The notes below the pieces were generated by a model. The model had not been told where the DNA came from. It ran no database searches and was given only the letters and a program-made list of their open reading frames with translations. A stretch of 64,000 nucleotides of DNA from Candidatus Omnitrophota bacterium. GTDB taxonomy: Bacteria > Omnitrophota > Gorgyraeia > 2-02-FULL-51-18. Below, in pieces: positions 36,983-47,860 of the stretch (within the stretch, counting starts at the first letter, position 1; each line of letters opens with the position of its first letter). The stretch covers positions 9,417-73,416 of the forward strand of contig JAHFFN010000001.1 in assembly GCA_023247915.1 (NCBI GenBank), in the 5' to 3' direction. Position numbers and translations under genes: made by a program.

Positions 36983-38257
36983 TTATTTCTTGATCACGCT
37001 CACGCCGCCCATGTACGGGCGAAGCACTTCGGGAATTAAAACAGATCCGTCTGCGTTTTGAAAATTTTCTAAGATGGCGATCATGACGCGCGGAAGCGCC
37101 AATCCCGAACCGTTAAGCGTGTGAACAAATTCAGACTTGGTAGAACCTTTGCGTTTAAAACGGATATTCGCGCGGCGCGCTTGAAAGTCTTCGAAGTTAC
37201 TCACCGACGAAACCTCCAACCACCGCCCCATTCCCGGCGCCCAAGCCTCGATATCATAGCACTTGGCCGCGGCAAAGCCCATATCACCACTACAAAGCTG
37301 CAGCACCCGGTAAGGAATTCCCAGTTTTTGTAAAATCACTTCCGCGTCTTTTAATAATTTCTCATGTTCTTGATACGAATCTTCCGGCCGAGTAAATTTA
37401 ACCAGCTCCACCTTGTCAAACTGATGGATACGCACCAACCCCTTGGTGTCTTTGCCGTAGGAGCCCGCTTCCCGGCGAAAACAGGGGGTGTAAGCCGTGT
37501 ACTTGAGCGGCAAGTCCTCTTCCTTCAAAACATCATCACGGTGAACATTGGTCACCGGCACTTCGGCGGTCGGGATTAAAAATAAGTCTTCGTCTTTCAA
37601 ACGATAGAGATCTTCTTCAAATTTGGGGAGTTGCCCCGTCCCGGTCATAGTCGCACGATTCACCAAGGATGGTGGCCAAAACTCCGTATACCCATGCTCT
37701 CGGGTATGCGTGTCCAACATAAAGTTAATCAAAGCCCGTTGGAGTCGAGCCCCCATTCCACGGTACAGGGCAAAACCACTCCCCGAAATCTTGGAAGAGA
37801 CCGCCATATCGAACATTCCTAGCTCCTGACCCAGCTCGGTATGCTCTTTTGGCTTAAAATCATGCTTTTTTGGCTCCCCCCAGCTAGAAACCACTGTATT
37901 TTGGGTAGAATCAGACCCAATTTTAACCGATTTATGAGGTATATTTGGGATAATATATAGTATTTCATTCAATTTTGAATCAAATTCACCCACTCTTACT
38001 TCAAATTCTTTGATTTTTTGGGAAGTGGATTTCATGGAGTCAATCTCGCCCTTGGCATCTTTCTTCTCCTTAAGAAGGGCGGAGATACGGTCATTGGCCT
38101 TATTCTTCTCGGCACGCAGTGCCTCCAGCTCTTGGAGCACCTGCCGGCGATCCATATCCAGGCGTAAAAAAGCCTCAAAATCGAGCTTGGGCGCCCTTAC
38201 TTTTAGGGCTTCCTTCACCTGTTCCTTATTGTCTCTAATAAAGGATAAATCCAGCAT
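36983..38257 (-). CDS. serS: serine--tRNA ligase
   Basis: LIPTAEVP, FRREAGSYG, HQFDKVE, HTLNGSGLA. Confidence 0.98.
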   Translation of the reverse strand: MLDLSFIRDNKEQVKEALKVRAPKLDFEAFLRLDMDRRQVLQELEALRAEKNKANDRISALLKEKKDAKGEIDSMKSTSQKIKEFEVRVGEFDSKLNEILYIIPNIPHKSVKIGSDSTQNTVVSSWGEPKKHDFKPKEHTELGQELGMFDMAVSSKISGSGFALYRGMGARLQRALINFMLDTHTREHGYTEFWPPSLVNRATMTGTGQLPKFEEDLYRLKDEDLFLIPTAEVPVTNVHRDDVLKEEDLPLKYTAYTPCFRREAGSYGKDTKGLVRIHQFDKVELVKFTRPEDSYQEHEKLLKDAEVILQKLGIPYRVLQLCSGDMGFAAAKCYDIEAWAPGMGRWLEVSSVSNFEDFQARRANIRFKRKGSTKSEFVHTLNGSGLALPRVMIAILENFQNADGSVLIPEVLRPYMGGVSVIKK

Positions 38258-38380
38258 TCCATCCTCGCTAAAATGTTTTGAGCTACTTTACCACTCTAAT
38301 ATATCCGGCGCCACAATTTTTGAGAGAGACAGGCTTCTGGAAAGGGTTAAATCTAGGAGCGAATGGGGGCTCTTTTTGGG

Positions 38381-38950
38381 TTAGCGCGTCGCCAGCCGTA
38401 AGGATTCAAGATCTGACACGGTATTGATATTCCTCAATTCCCGAATCGGTTGGTTCAAGGGGATGATATTTTTTTCTGAAATGGACTCAATGAGCCCCCG
38501 CATCGATAATTTTTCCATCGAAAGGCATCTGGAAATTTCGGGAAACAGGCCGGAAGGGTAAATGCCGGGGAATGGTTCTATTTTCTCCCCGGGTAACGCG
38601 TACAATGTCAGCACGGGTTTTTCTTTATTTTCATTGATCAGATATTTTAATAATTCCTGACTCACCGCCGGCATGTCACAGGTTAGCACCAGAAAATCAA
38701 CACCCGGATACAGGGACATCGCGGTTTCAATTCCTCCGAGCGGCCCTTTTTGCGGCAAACGGTCATAATGAACCGTCGCCTTGGGAATGGAACAAATTTT
38801 CTTTTCCTGCGTCACCACTAAAGGGAAAAGCTCGAGCTCATCCAATATTTTTACCGCCCGCAAAAGAAAAGATTCTCCCTTGTAAAGAGCTTCCGCCTTA
38901 TCTGAGCCAAATCGCCGGCTTAAACCTCCGGCCAAAACAAGTCCGCGCAT
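38381..38950 (-). CDS. mobA: molybdenum cofactor guanylyltransferase
   Basis: VLAGGLSRRFGSDKA, GPLGGI, CDMP, NINT. Confidence 0.92.
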   Translation of the reverse strand: MRGLVLAGGLSRRFGSDKAEALYKGESFLLRAVKILDELELFPLVVTQEKKICSIPKATVHYDRLPQKGPLGGIETAMSLYPGVDFLVLTCDMPAVSQELLKYLINENKEKPVLTLYALPGEKIEPFPGIYPSGLFPEISRCLSMEKLSMRGLIESISEKNIIPLNQPIRELRNINTVSDLESLRLATR

Positions 38951-39378
38951 CACAGCAAAACTTCCTGGGTGTGATGACAAACCCCCCATTCTGAGGAATC
39001 GTCATTAAAAAATTGTTTTTTCCAGATAGGAACTTCCCGCTTAATGCCTTCTATCACAAAACGGCAAGCGGAAAACGCCTCTTGGCGATGAGCGGAACTC
39101 ACAACAATCGCGACGGCCGCTTCCCCGACTTCAATCATTCCCACACGGTGTAAAACCCGGATATCCTCGACAGCCCATTGGCTTTTTGCCCGATGGATCA
39201 AATCAGCGATCATTTTAACGGCCATCGGCAAGTAACATTCATAATAAAGCCTTCGCACCTCTTGGCCTTCATCATGGTTTCTCACAAATCCCACAAAGGA
39301 CGCGACGGCACCGCAACGCGAATTAGCGGTGTTTGAGAAAAATTTTTCCAACAAGATGGGGTCAGTGGTAATGGACAT
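38950..39378 (-). CDS. moaE: molybdopterin synthase large subunit
   Basis: GAVASFVGFVRN, HRVG, SAHRQEAF, VPIWKK. Confidence 0.95.
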   Translation of the reverse strand: MSITTDPILLEKFFSNTANSRCGAVASFVGFVRNHDEGQEVRRLYYECYLPMAVKMIADLIHRAKSQWAVEDIRVLHRVGMIEVGEAAVAIVVSSAHRQEAFSACRFVIEGIKREVPIWKKQFFNDDSSEWGVCHHTQEVLL

Positions 39379-39382
39379 GGAA

Positions 39383-39625
39383 TCAGCCGCCGGACATAGG
39401 CATCATAATCGCCAGACAATCCCCCTCTTTTAGCTCTGTGTCTGGCATTTCAAAAGTCTCGTTGATCGCGTACACCAACGATTGTTTTTTTAAAAAATAC
39501 GTTTTGGAATCATGAGAAAAATAATCCGTGACCTCTCCTGCTTTAATTTTATCCGGAACAACCAGGGAATGGCTCGCGCCAAACATTTCTCTGAGCTCCG
39601 CAAAAAAAAGAACCTGAATTTTCAC
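39383..39625 (-). CDS. moaD: molybdopterin synthase sulfur carrier
   Basis: VLFFAELRE, C-terminal SGG; GTG start overlaps the moeA stop. Confidence 0.9.
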   Translation of the reverse strand: MKIQVLFFAELREMFGASHSLVVPDKIKAGEVTDYFSHDSKTYFLKKQSLVYAINETFEMPDTELKEGDCLAIMMPMSGG

Positions 39626-40848
39626 GAAATACCTCCGCACAGGTAGGGCAAGGAATGCACTTCCACTTTTTCACCCACCTCTAACACCTGCTTCGAGCCG
39701 GGGACTACCACAAAACTATTAGCCTGACAAAAAGATGACAACATGTGAGATTGTTGATGCTTCAAAGGAGTGACCTGGCGTTCTTGGGTGGGTTCGACAC
39801 GCGCTTTGATAAATAATGTCTTTTCCTGATCCGGATAGATCGCTTGGGAAAGCTTGATCCATTCTGACGAAAGAGCCGCATCGGCGTATCCCATTGAAAA
39901 ACGGATCGCCGGATACACATATTCATAAAAACAGGTAAAAACACTGGCGGGATTTCCCGGCAGACCAAACACAAGACAGTTTTCTTTCTTTCCAAAATAA
40001 AGCGGCTTGCCCGGTTTCTGGCTGACTTTCCAAAAAATTGTTTCGACGCCTGAGTCTGCGAGAATCGGTTTCACATAATCAAAATCTCCGACAGATACCC
40101 CTCCCATAAGAATCAAAATATTGCTTTCTTTTAAAGCGAAATGAATCATTTTTTTAATCAAGTCCGGACGATCGGGCACCTTGCGTGTAAAAAAAGGGCG
40201 AATCCTCATGCCTTCCAGTGCCGCGCGAATCATGGCGGTATTTGAATCGTATATTTTTCCGCGCTCCAAAGGATTGCCCGGTACCGTCAATTCACTGCCT
40301 GTAGCAACCAGTGAAATTTTAGGAATCTGATAGGCATAGAGGTGATGGATTCCCATGGACGCCAAAAAACCGACTGTGCCCGGATTGATCACGGAGCCTT
40401 CAGAGAGAACGGTTTGACCCTTTTTTATCTCCTCGCCTTTGCGGCGAATATTCTTTCCAGGAGACACCGGTGATTTCACGATAAGAAAATTATCTTGGAC
40501 AACCACGTTTTCTTTCGCCAAAACGGCGTCGGTGCCTTTCGGAATCGGTGCTCCCGTCATAAGGCCGCAAGCCTGCCCTTTTCTAATCGCCAATGAACTC
40601 GAGTCCCCGGCTTTCACGACACCCCGAATGGAAAGCCGTACCGGTGCTTCAAGGGTAGCGTCTTGGGTATCCGCGGATTTTAAAGCAAAACCATCCATCG
40701 CTGAATTATCAAACACGGGCAGAGAAATCGGCGCTTTTAGATTTCGGGCATTCACATGACCTAACGCTTCCAATAAAGGAATATTTTCTTCCTTCAAGGA
40801 AAGCTTGTGTTGGGCGATAAGTCTCTGAGCTTCGCTACAAGAAATCAT
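39622..40848 (-). CDS. moeA: molybdopterin molybdotransferase
   Basis: FDNSAMDGFA, TGSEL, GGVSVGDFD, KPGKP, GLPGNP. Confidence 0.95.
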   Translation of the reverse strand: MISCSEAQRLIAQHKLSLKEENIPLLEALGHVNARNLKAPISLPVFDNSAMDGFALKSADTQDATLEAPVRLSIRGVVKAGDSSSLAIRKGQACGLMTGAPIPKGTDAVLAKENVVVQDNFLIVKSPVSPGKNIRRKGEEIKKGQTVLSEGSVINPGTVGFLASMGIHHLYAYQIPKISLVATGSELTVPGNPLERGKIYDSNTAMIRAALEGMRIRPFFTRKVPDRPDLIKKMIHFALKESNILILMGGVSVGDFDYVKPILADSGVETIFWKVSQKPGKPLYFGKKENCLVFGLPGNPASVFTCFYEYVYPAIRFSMGYADAALSSEWIKLSQAIYPDQEKTLFIKARVEPTQERQVTPLKHQQSHMLSSFCQANSFVVVPGSKQVLEVGEKVEVHSLPYLCGGIS

Positions 40849-41597
40849 TAAAAAGCCTTTAAAACCAGGTTGATTGAAATAAATAAAACTAACCCTGCCA
40901 AAATTCTCTGAAGTTTAATCAGTGGGAGGTGGTGAGACCCCAATCGGGAGCCGATCCATCCTCCCAAAAAAGCCGAAAAGGCCAAGAGCCATAGATTGGG
41001 TGTCAGCGCTAATCCATTTTGAAGTTTTCCGGCAAGGCCTGACAGAGAATTTACAAAAATAAAAAAACTGGCGGCGGCAGAGGCTTCACCAAGAGTCGCC
41101 AAGCCTGTCAGAATTAAAAAAGGACTTAAAAAAATTCCTCCTCCGATCCCGACAAGCCCTGAAAAAAATCCCATCAGGGCTCCGGCAGGCAAACCCAAAG
41201 ACCAAAGTCTCTTGGTCGTTATCTCACGCTTATCTGCGGAACCACTGCGCAATAGAAAAAGTCTCAGCCCCGCAAACGCCAGGCACGCGCCTAAAAGAAT
41301 ATAGAAAACTTCCTTTTTAAGCGGCACATGCGCGCCTACAAATGCCAGCGGAATCGACAATGCCATAAAAGGTAAAACCAGCCGGAAGCGGAAATGCCCC
41401 GCTTTATAAAAATGAAAAAAACCAACACTGGAAACGACGAGATTGCAAATCAGCGCGATCGGAGCGCTTTGAGTGTGCGTGAAACCTGCCAGTGTCAAAA
41501 CCAAAAGATACGAAGAACCTCCGGCAAACCCTACCGTCGAATAGATAAAGGCAACAGCAAAAAATAAAAGTGGCAGTATTTGAAGAATGTGGCTCAT
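40848..41597 (-). CDS. TauE/SafE (TSUP) family membrane protein
   Basis: GFAGGSSY, GLVGIGGGIFLSP, about 8 TM helices. Confidence 0.85.
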   Translation of the reverse strand: MSHILQILPLLFFAVAFIYSTVGFAGGSSYLLVLTLAGFTHTQSAPIALICNLVVSSVGFFHFYKAGHFRFRLVLPFMALSIPLAFVGAHVPLKKEVFYILLGACLAFAGLRLFLLRSGSADKREITTKRLWSLGLPAGALMGFFSGLVGIGGGIFLSPFLILTGLATLGEASAAASFFIFVNSLSGLAGKLQNGLALTPNLWLLAFSAFLGGWIGSRLGSHHLPLIKLQRILAGLVLFISINLVLKAF

Positions 41598-42526
41598 ATT
41601 CCCGACTCCTGTTTAAGAATTAATTCATGTCCAAGGCCTCTCATCATTTTAAAGGCATGAAGAATGGCCGGGAAAATAGCATCAAGCGACTCTTCCACTC
41701 CACTGGAAGAGCCGGGCAAAGTCACGATCAATGTTTTTCCTCTCTGTCCCGCTAATCCCCGCGATAGCATCGCGTAGGGCGTGCGGCGCTGGCCAAAACC
41801 GCGCGCGGCCTCCATGATTCCCGGAATCTCGCGCTCAAGAACTTCTGTGACCGCTTCCACCGTAACATCCCGAGGACCCAAGCCCGTCCCCCCCGTGGTT
41901 AAAATAAGATTCACGCCTTTGTCGCAATATTCCAAAAGGCCGTGTTGAATAATTTCTTTGTCGTCCGGAAGAACGGAATAATCCGCCGGAATCCCCAGCG
42001 AGGCAAGCCGTTCTAAAATAATTTTTCCTGATTTATCCTGCCGGGTGCCCCTGGAAGTGCTATCGGAAGTGACAATGACGGCCGCTTTGAAATTGACAGG
42101 TATTTTTTCTTTAAAACTACTTTTTCCGCCGGTCTTTTGGATTAATTTTGTGCCGGTGATTTGAAGTTCCGTATCGATGGGCTTCAGCATATCGTAAATT
42201 GTGAGTGCGGCGACACTGGCCGCCGTCAGTGCTTCCATTTCAACGCCGGTTTTGGCGACCGCTTCGACCGTGGCTTGAATCAGCACTTCTGTTTCTTGAA
42301 CAATGAATTCGATCTCCACCCAATCAATCGCGATTGGGTGACAATAAGGCAAAAGTTCCGGTGTTTTTTTGGCCGCCATCACTCCCGCCGCGCGCGCAAT
42401 CGGTAAAATATCTTTTTTAGGGATGTCATTTTTTTCTAGGCGTCGCAGTGTTTCGGATTTGACCAGAACGCGGCTTTCCGCGACGGCCCGTCTAAGCGTT
42501 TCAATTTTTTGAGTGACTGATCTCAT
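41594..42526 (-). CDS. moaCB: bifunctional MoaC-MoaB/MogA
   Basis: MoaC LLPYCHP, TGVEMEAL, YDMLK; Mog domain DKSG, TTGGTGLGPRDVT, LPGS. Confidence 0.92.
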   Translation of the reverse strand: MRSVTQKIETLRRAVAESRVLVKSETLRRLEKNDIPKKDILPIARAAGVMAAKKTPELLPYCHPIAIDWVEIEFIVQETEVLIQATVEAVAKTGVEMEALTAASVAALTIYDMLKPIDTELQITGTKLIQKTGGKSSFKEKIPVNFKAAVIVTSDSTSRGTRQDKSGKIILERLASLGIPADYSVLPDDKEIIQHGLLEYCDKGVNLILTTGGTGLGPRDVTVEAVTEVLEREIPGIMEAARGFGQRRTPYAMLSRGLAGQRGKTLIVTLPGSSSGVEESLDAIFPAILHAFKMMRGLGHELILKQESGI

Positions 42527-42530
42527 GGTT

Positions 42531-43511
42531 TTATCCTCCTACGGCTGTCATTACAAAATCATTGTGAGGCACTTCCGGACTATTTAAAAAATGCTCCTCT
42601 GGCCGGTTGAATACCGTCTCCAAAATATGTTTTTTTATCTCGTTTCGAGAATCGCCTTGCCGTAATAACTTTTTTAAATTCAAATCTTCTTTTCCGTGAA
42701 GACAGGTTTTCATCATCCCATTGGCCTTCAAGCGTAAACGATTGCACTTGGCACAAAAAACATTGGAAAGAGGGCTGATAAATCCTGCCTTCGTCTGAGT
42801 TCCTTCTAAATGAAAAGTTCTTGCCGGTGCGTGAGGATTTTCATCGTCGGGAATCAGATTGTATTTTCCTTCGATCAATTTTTTAGCGATATCCGCGCTC
42901 ATAAAACGACCCGCTCTAACTTCAAGAATCTCATTGGCTGTCGGCATCCATTCAATAAAGCGCAGATCTAGCCGCTTTTTAACCGAAAAATCCACAAGAT
43001 CCATGATTTCGTGATCGTTAACCCCCTTCATCAGGACAGCATTGATTTTTATGGGTGTTATTTTTTGATCCACAGCCTCTTGGATGCCATCCAGCACGTC
43101 CTGCCATTTGTCAGCACCCGTGATCCGTTTAAAATTCTCACGGTCAAGCGTATCCAAACTGATATTGATACGGTCTAAGCCCGCTTTTTTTAAATCACTG
43201 GCGAAATGTTTCAGCAAAACACCATTGGTCGTCATCACCACTTCCCGGATACCCGCAATCTTTTTGACGCGACTCACAAGATTGACCGCGTCTTTTCGAA
43301 GCAAGGGCTCCCCTCCCGTCAAACGCACTTTCCAGATGCCAAGTTCCGCAAAGATAGAAACAATTGTGACGATCTCGTCCTCATTTAATATTTCGTCTTC
43401 CTTAAAAGGATTGAGAGCCCCGTGCGGCATGCAGTAAAAACAACGCAGATTGCAACGGTCAATCAACGACACCCTTAAATAAGTCAGTTCTCGTCCGTAC
43501 TTATCAATCAT
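42531..43511 (-). CDS. moaA: GTP 3',8-cyclase
   Basis: CNLRCFYC, TGGEP, FCAKCNRLR...CL, C-terminal GG. Confidence 0.96.
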   Translation of the reverse strand: MIDKYGRELTYLRVSLIDRCNLRCFYCMPHGALNPFKEDEILNEDEIVTIVSIFAELGIWKVRLTGGEPLLRKDAVNLVSRVKKIAGIREVVMTTNGVLLKHFASDLKKAGLDRINISLDTLDRENFKRITGADKWQDVLDGIQEAVDQKITPIKINAVLMKGVNDHEIMDLVDFSVKKRLDLRFIEWMPTANEILEVRAGRFMSADIAKKLIEGKYNLIPDDENPHAPARTFHLEGTQTKAGFISPLSNVFCAKCNRLRLKANGMMKTCLHGKEDLNLKKLLRQGDSRNEIKKHILETVFNRPEEHFLNSPEVPHNDFVMTAVGG

Positions 43512-43520
43512 TCGATCCCC

Positions 43521-45077
43521 TTAAAAATTAATGGCCACTTCCATGTAAAACAAATCAGCGTTTCTTTTTGTCGTAAAAAATCGTTTCACGACATCGTCGC
43601 CGTAAAAGTGACTGTAATAGGCCATCACCGTCAAGTCCGGATTGACAGCCCATGTCAGGGTCGTGTCCACCATCCTTCCCAATTGTTTCTGACTATTCGA
43701 AGTGCGTGCCGCAAAGTCATCCGCGACATTGTCATGAATCGCGCCCGACCCGAGATACCAGCGATCATTTTTTTCAGAAAGTTCTACCGCGTGAAACTCT
43801 GTTCTCCACGTCAAAAAGTCCTTCGGCTTCAAGATTAAAGAAACAAAAGCATCTTCGGTATTCATCATGTTGTAAAGAATCGAGAATGAATAAAGCCTGG
43901 CGGTCGGCAACATCTGATGAAAGGTTCCGTGTGTCTCGTCCGCGGGATCGTTGTCACCGGAACCTTGATTAAATCCAACGCGCAACCAAGGCGTCCAAGG
44001 CGCTTGAGTGAGTTGATAACCTGTCTCGGCGGCAAACGCATACGCGGACTGTTCTTGTTCGAACCAACTACCGGTTTGATACGCGCCCCACCCGAGAACA
44101 TCCCACACACCAGAGCCCACCGTATAATCCCCCACCACATGCCCGCCAAAAGTGTAAAGATCAATATCACTTTCACGGCCTGCCAAAATAGTGCGCCCTG
44201 TATTATCCAAGCGTACCGTCGTGGCAGCGATGTTGCGGTGATCGTCGTAGTTATAGTAAAAAAACTGTTCTTCCATTCCTGGAATCAGTCTGTCTTTTTT
44301 GATATTGGCTTCCACGGCCATCACGTCAATATCTTGAATCGAACGCTGAGCTCTTTCCTCAAAACCACCCTGAGTCGGGCTAAAGCCGGCGACGCTGATT
44401 TGTGAAAAATCATCTTCACGCGCGACTTTCCACCCGTCAAAAGAACGTCCGTAGTGTGACCATTCGAAACTACCGATCAAGCGGTCGCCAATGCGTTGGG
44501 TTTTAAGCCAATCGATCTTTTTATCCGTGGATTTCATCTCATTGCCACTGGAATAATTAAAACGGCCGACCGTTTCGGTGACTCCACGAAGCCACTTCAC
44601 GTCTCCAAAAACAGGCTCTAAGAGCTGCCGGGTCTGCTTAATCTCAAGATTTAAGTATTTGATAAATTGGCCATGAGAATTACGGTCTCTTGAATTGGAA
44701 AAATAAAGCGAACCTGAGCCGGCTCCGGCGCTCGTCTTCGTAGGTAGATTTGAGAGCTGTGTGTATTGATGCGTGTAATTGACATTAAAAATATCATGCA
44801 CCCAACGCGCGCCGAACCGAAGTTGATTGGCTAAAAATTCGTAATCATTGTCGGTGGTGGACGTAAAATAGTTCCAAGCTTCATAACGGAGCCGATCCCG
44901 TCCAAAAAATGACACATTGCCCCAATCATTCGGCAAGGTCAACCGGAGATCTTTGAGTGTCACAAATCCGGGATCGGTTTTTAACGAAAAACCTGTCTCT
45001 TTTGCCGATGCCACGGATCCCCACAAACACAGGGTGACTGCTATGACTGCGATATTCCATTTATTTATGATTTTCAT
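43521..45077 (-). CDS. alginate-export-family outer-membrane beta-barrel, probably a nitrate-uptake porin
   Basis: Signal peptide, RLRYE, RSFDG, GSGDNDP, terminal aromatic residue; lies within the nitrate cluster. Confidence 0.75.
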   Translation of the reverse strand: MKIINKWNIAVIAVTLCLWGSVASAKETGFSLKTDPGFVTLKDLRLTLPNDWGNVSFFGRDRLRYEAWNYFTSTTDNDYEFLANQLRFGARWVHDIFNVNYTHQYTQLSNLPTKTSAGAGSGSLYFSNSRDRNSHGQFIKYLNLEIKQTRQLLEPVFGDVKWLRGVTETVGRFNYSSGNEMKSTDKKIDWLKTQRIGDRLIGSFEWSHYGRSFDGWKVAREDDFSQISVAGFSPTQGGFEERAQRSIQDIDVMAVEANIKKDRLIPGMEEQFFYYNYDDHRNIAATTVRLDNTGRTILAGRESDIDLYTFGGHVVGDYTVGSGVWDVLGWGAYQTGSWFEQEQSAYAFAAETGYQLTQAPWTPWLRVGFNQGSGDNDPADETHGTFHQMLPTARLYSFSILYNMMNTEDAFVSLILKPKDFLTWRTEFHAVELSEKNDRWYLGSGAIHDNVADDFAARTSNSQKQLGRMVDTTLTWAVNPDLTVMAYYSHFYGDDVVKRFFTTKRNADLFYMEVAINF

Positions 45078-45103
45078 TGTTTGTTTTCTCCCGTTGTTGT
45101 TTT

Positions 45104-45162
45104 AAATAAAAGCGTCCATCCTTGGAACGCCTTTTAAACACCGGGAAACTTCTTTATTTCCC
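45104..45162 (-). promoter_or_regulatory. ANTAR-type hairpin leader with overlapping terminator
   Basis: GGGAAAT-AAAGAA-GTTTCCC, then AAAGGC overlapping GCGTTCCA-AGGA-TGGACGC-TTTTATTT. Confidence 0.65.
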
Positions 45163-45175
45163 TAATTAAAATGAA

Positions 45176-46006
45176 TTAAGCGGCTACCGAATGGTCGCCG
45201 TAACTCTCGCTCTCCAAAAATCCAATGAGTGTTCCCCGATGAACATAATAATCAGGATGCTCAATCACTTCCTGTTTATTACGGGGTCGCTCAAAATTAA
45301 CTTTTAGAATATTACCTACATGCGCGCGTGGCCCACTCGTCATCATGACGACTCTATCTGAAAGATACAGCGCCTCGTCCACGTCGTGAGTCACCATAAG
45401 AGCCGTTATTTTTTCGGTATTCCAAATATCGAGTAAGATTTCTTGGAGATCCGCGCGGGTGAGCGAATCCAGCATGCCGAATGGCTCGTCCAAAAGCAGT
45501 AATTTAGGCTTTAAAGCGAACGCGCGCGCGAGACTGACACGTTGCTTCATTCCGATGGAAAGTTCGGACGCTTTTTTATTCAAACTGTCCCCAAGACCCA
45601 CACGTTCGAGATAATGCTTACAAACCGCCACGCGCTCTTTATGGGAATCGTTTGGCCTCACCTGATCGACACCAATCAATACATTTTGAAGAGCCGTCAT
45701 CCACGGAAAGAGACTGGGGCTCTGAAACACAACGCCGCGGTCAGGACCCGGTTCCTCAATCAGTCGGTTTTGAAGAATCACCCCGCCGCGGGACACCTTA
45801 TTCAACCCCGCCGCCACCATCAACATCGTGGACTTACCGCAACCGGAATGCCCAATGATGGTGATAAATTCACCCTTCGCGATGCGAAGCTCAAACCCCT
45901 CCACGACAGCAATAGGCCCATTGGGCGAAGGATATTCCTTCGTCGTGTCCGTAAAATGAAGAAATGGATTTAGAAGTTCCATGGACATACTGTCGGGCTC
46001 AGGCAT
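45176..46006 (-). CDS. nitrate ABC transporter ATPase (NrtD-like)
   Basis: [25 protein letters not shown]. Confidence 0.88.
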   Translation of the reverse strand: MPEPDSMSMELLNPFLHFTDTTKEYPSPNGPIAVVEGFELRIAKGEFITIIGHSGCGKSTMLMVAAGLNKVSRGGVILQNRLIEEPGPDRGVVFQSPSLFPWMTALQNVLIGVDQVRPNDSHKERVAVCKHYLERVGLGDSLNKKASELSIGMKQRVSLARAFALKPKLLLLDEPFGMLDSLTRADLQEILLDIWNTEKITALMVTHDVDEALYLSDRVVMMTSGPRAHVGNILKVNFERPRNKQEVIEHPDYYVHRGTLIGFLESESYGDHSVAA

Positions 46007-46823
46007 AGCAAACTCCACGCTCACTCGCGGTTTCTTCACAAACAACCCGAGGCTTACGAATATTCAAAAGATACTTGGTGATGCCATTACGCAATTTTTT
46101 GTACGATTCATCGGTATTAAATGTTTTTTTGTCGCGAGGCCGTGGAATTTCAACCTGGAAATCAGGCCCCAAGGTCGCGCGAGGTCCCGGATTGAGAGGA
46201 ACAATGCGGTCGGCCAAGAGAATCGCCTCATCAATGTCATTGGTAATCAAAACAACGGTCTTTTTTTCAGTTCTCCAGATTTTTTCAATCTCTATTTGCA
46301 AGGAACTGCGTGTGAGCGCGTCCAGAGCGCCCAACGGCTCATCCAAAAGAAGGATGTCCGGATTCATCGCGAGGGCTCTTGCCACGGAAACGCGTTGGCG
46401 CATGCCGCCCGAAAGCTCATGGGGACGTTTGTACACGGCCGCGGCGAGATTGACCATGCGTAAATATTTCATGATTCGCTCTTCTCGCTCAGTTTTAGAC
46501 TGATCACTAAAAACTTGGTCAACGGCAAGCGCGACATTCCCGTGTACCGTGAGCCATGGCAAAAGAGAGTAGTTTTGAAACACAACGCCGCGGTCGGGCC
46601 CTGGGCCGGTAATAGGTTTTCCTCGCAGTAAAATTTCACCTTCGTCCGGCGCCAATAAACCGCTGATTAATGATATCAATGTGGTTTTTCCGCTTCCCGA
46701 AAATCCCAGGATCGCCAAAAATTCGCCTTCTTCGATAGAAAGGTTAATATTTTTTAAAACATCCACACGCTCGGAACCGTGTCCGTAACCTTTGCTCACA
46801 TTTTTTAATTCTAAAAATGCCAT
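45999..46823 (-). CDS. nitrate ABC transporter ATPase (NrtC-like)
   Basis: [34 protein letters not shown]. Confidence 0.88.
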   Translation of the reverse strand: MAFLELKNVSKGYGHGSERVDVLKNINLSIEEGEFLAILGFSGSGKTTLISLISGLLAPDEGEILLRGKPITGPGPDRGVVFQNYSLLPWLTVHGNVALAVDQVFSDQSKTEREERIMKYLRMVNLAAAVYKRPHELSGGMRQRVSVARALAMNPDILLLDEPLGALDALTRSSLQIEIEKIWRTEKKTVVLITNDIDEAILLADRIVPLNPGPRATLGPDFQVEIPRPRDKKTFNTDESYKKLRNGITKYLLNIRKPRVVCEETASERGVCYA

Positions 46824-46835
46824 CCCATACTCCTT

Positions 46836-47852
46836 TTAGTGCGTCTCAGGCGTGTAACTCACAAGCGAGTGGAGCGTCACCATCACACGATCGAGAATAA
46901 AACCAATGATACCGATGGTGAAAACCGCCACCATGATGCGCGCTAAAGATTGGCTGGAGCCATTTTGAAACTCGTCCCAGACAAATTTTCCAAGACCTGG
47001 ATTTTGTGAAAGCATTTCAGAAGCGATCAGCACAATCCAGCCCACCCCGAGCGAAATCCGGAGACCCGCAAAAATGTAAGGCAGGCTTGACGGGATCACG
47101 ATTTTAAAAATCTTATTAAAAAATCCAAGTTTCAGGACACGCGCGACATTCAAATAATCTTTATCAATCGAGGCCACGCCGAGCGATGTGTTGATGAGAC
47201 TAGGCCAGAGACAACACAAAGACACCGTCACCGACGAAATAATGTACGATTTGGGGAGCCATTCCCTGGGCACCACATAAATCGAGCTGACAATCATCGT
47301 GACGATAGGAAGCCAGGCCACGGGGGATACGGGTTTAAAAATTTGTATCAAAGGCGTCAACGCCATTGAAAGCGTTCTGCTTAAACCGCATAAAATTCCC
47401 AGTGGCACCGCGATCACAGACGCGATTAAAAAGCCGGTGAACACTGTGCGAAGGCTGGTAAAGATCTGATCGAGATAGGTCGGTTTTCCGGTGAATTTCC
47501 GGTTCTTCGCGGGTTCCGAAGGATTTGCCGCCAGTTTTGCCGCGTTTTTCTCGGCTTGAATTTTGTAAAATTCGACTTCTTTTCTTCTTTCTTCTTTGTA
47601 TTCATGGGCGAGACTTCTTACTTGCTCTAGTACCTGAGCCGGTCCTGGGACTCGGCCAAGGTTTGTTTCTATCCCAGCGGCGGCGCCATTCCACACTAAA
47701 AGAAAAATCGCGAATGTCATCACCGGCACCCCGATTCTTAAGAGGATTTCACGAATTTGCTCATTCGCATCCTCACCGGTCGCCAAGCGTATCACGGGCG
47801 TGAACCACCCAAAACCCGCGATGGATAGAACCCGAATCAATTTATTTTTCAT
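46836..47852 (-). CDS. nitrate ABC transporter permease (NrtB-like)
   Basis: [29 protein letters not shown]. Confidence 0.88.
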   Translation of the reverse strand: MKNKLIRVLSIAGFGWFTPVIRLATGEDANEQIREILLRIGVPVMTFAIFLLVWNGAAAGIETNLGRVPGPAQVLEQVRSLAHEYKEERRKEVEFYKIQAEKNAAKLAANPSEPAKNRKFTGKPTYLDQIFTSLRTVFTGFLIASVIAVPLGILCGLSRTLSMALTPLIQIFKPVSPVAWLPIVTMIVSSIYVVPREWLPKSYIISSVTVSLCCLWPSLINTSLGVASIDKDYLNVARVLKLGFFNKIFKIVIPSSLPYIFAGLRISLGVGWIVLIASEMLSQNPGLGKFVWDEFQNGSSQSLARIMVAVFTIGIIGFILDRVMVTLHSLVSYTPETH

Positions 47853-47860
47853 GACACACT

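Noticed and set aside
33640-43525. Fluoride riboswitch before crcB and Moco riboswitch before moaA
   Set aside because: The intergenic gaps are only 4 and 9 nt.
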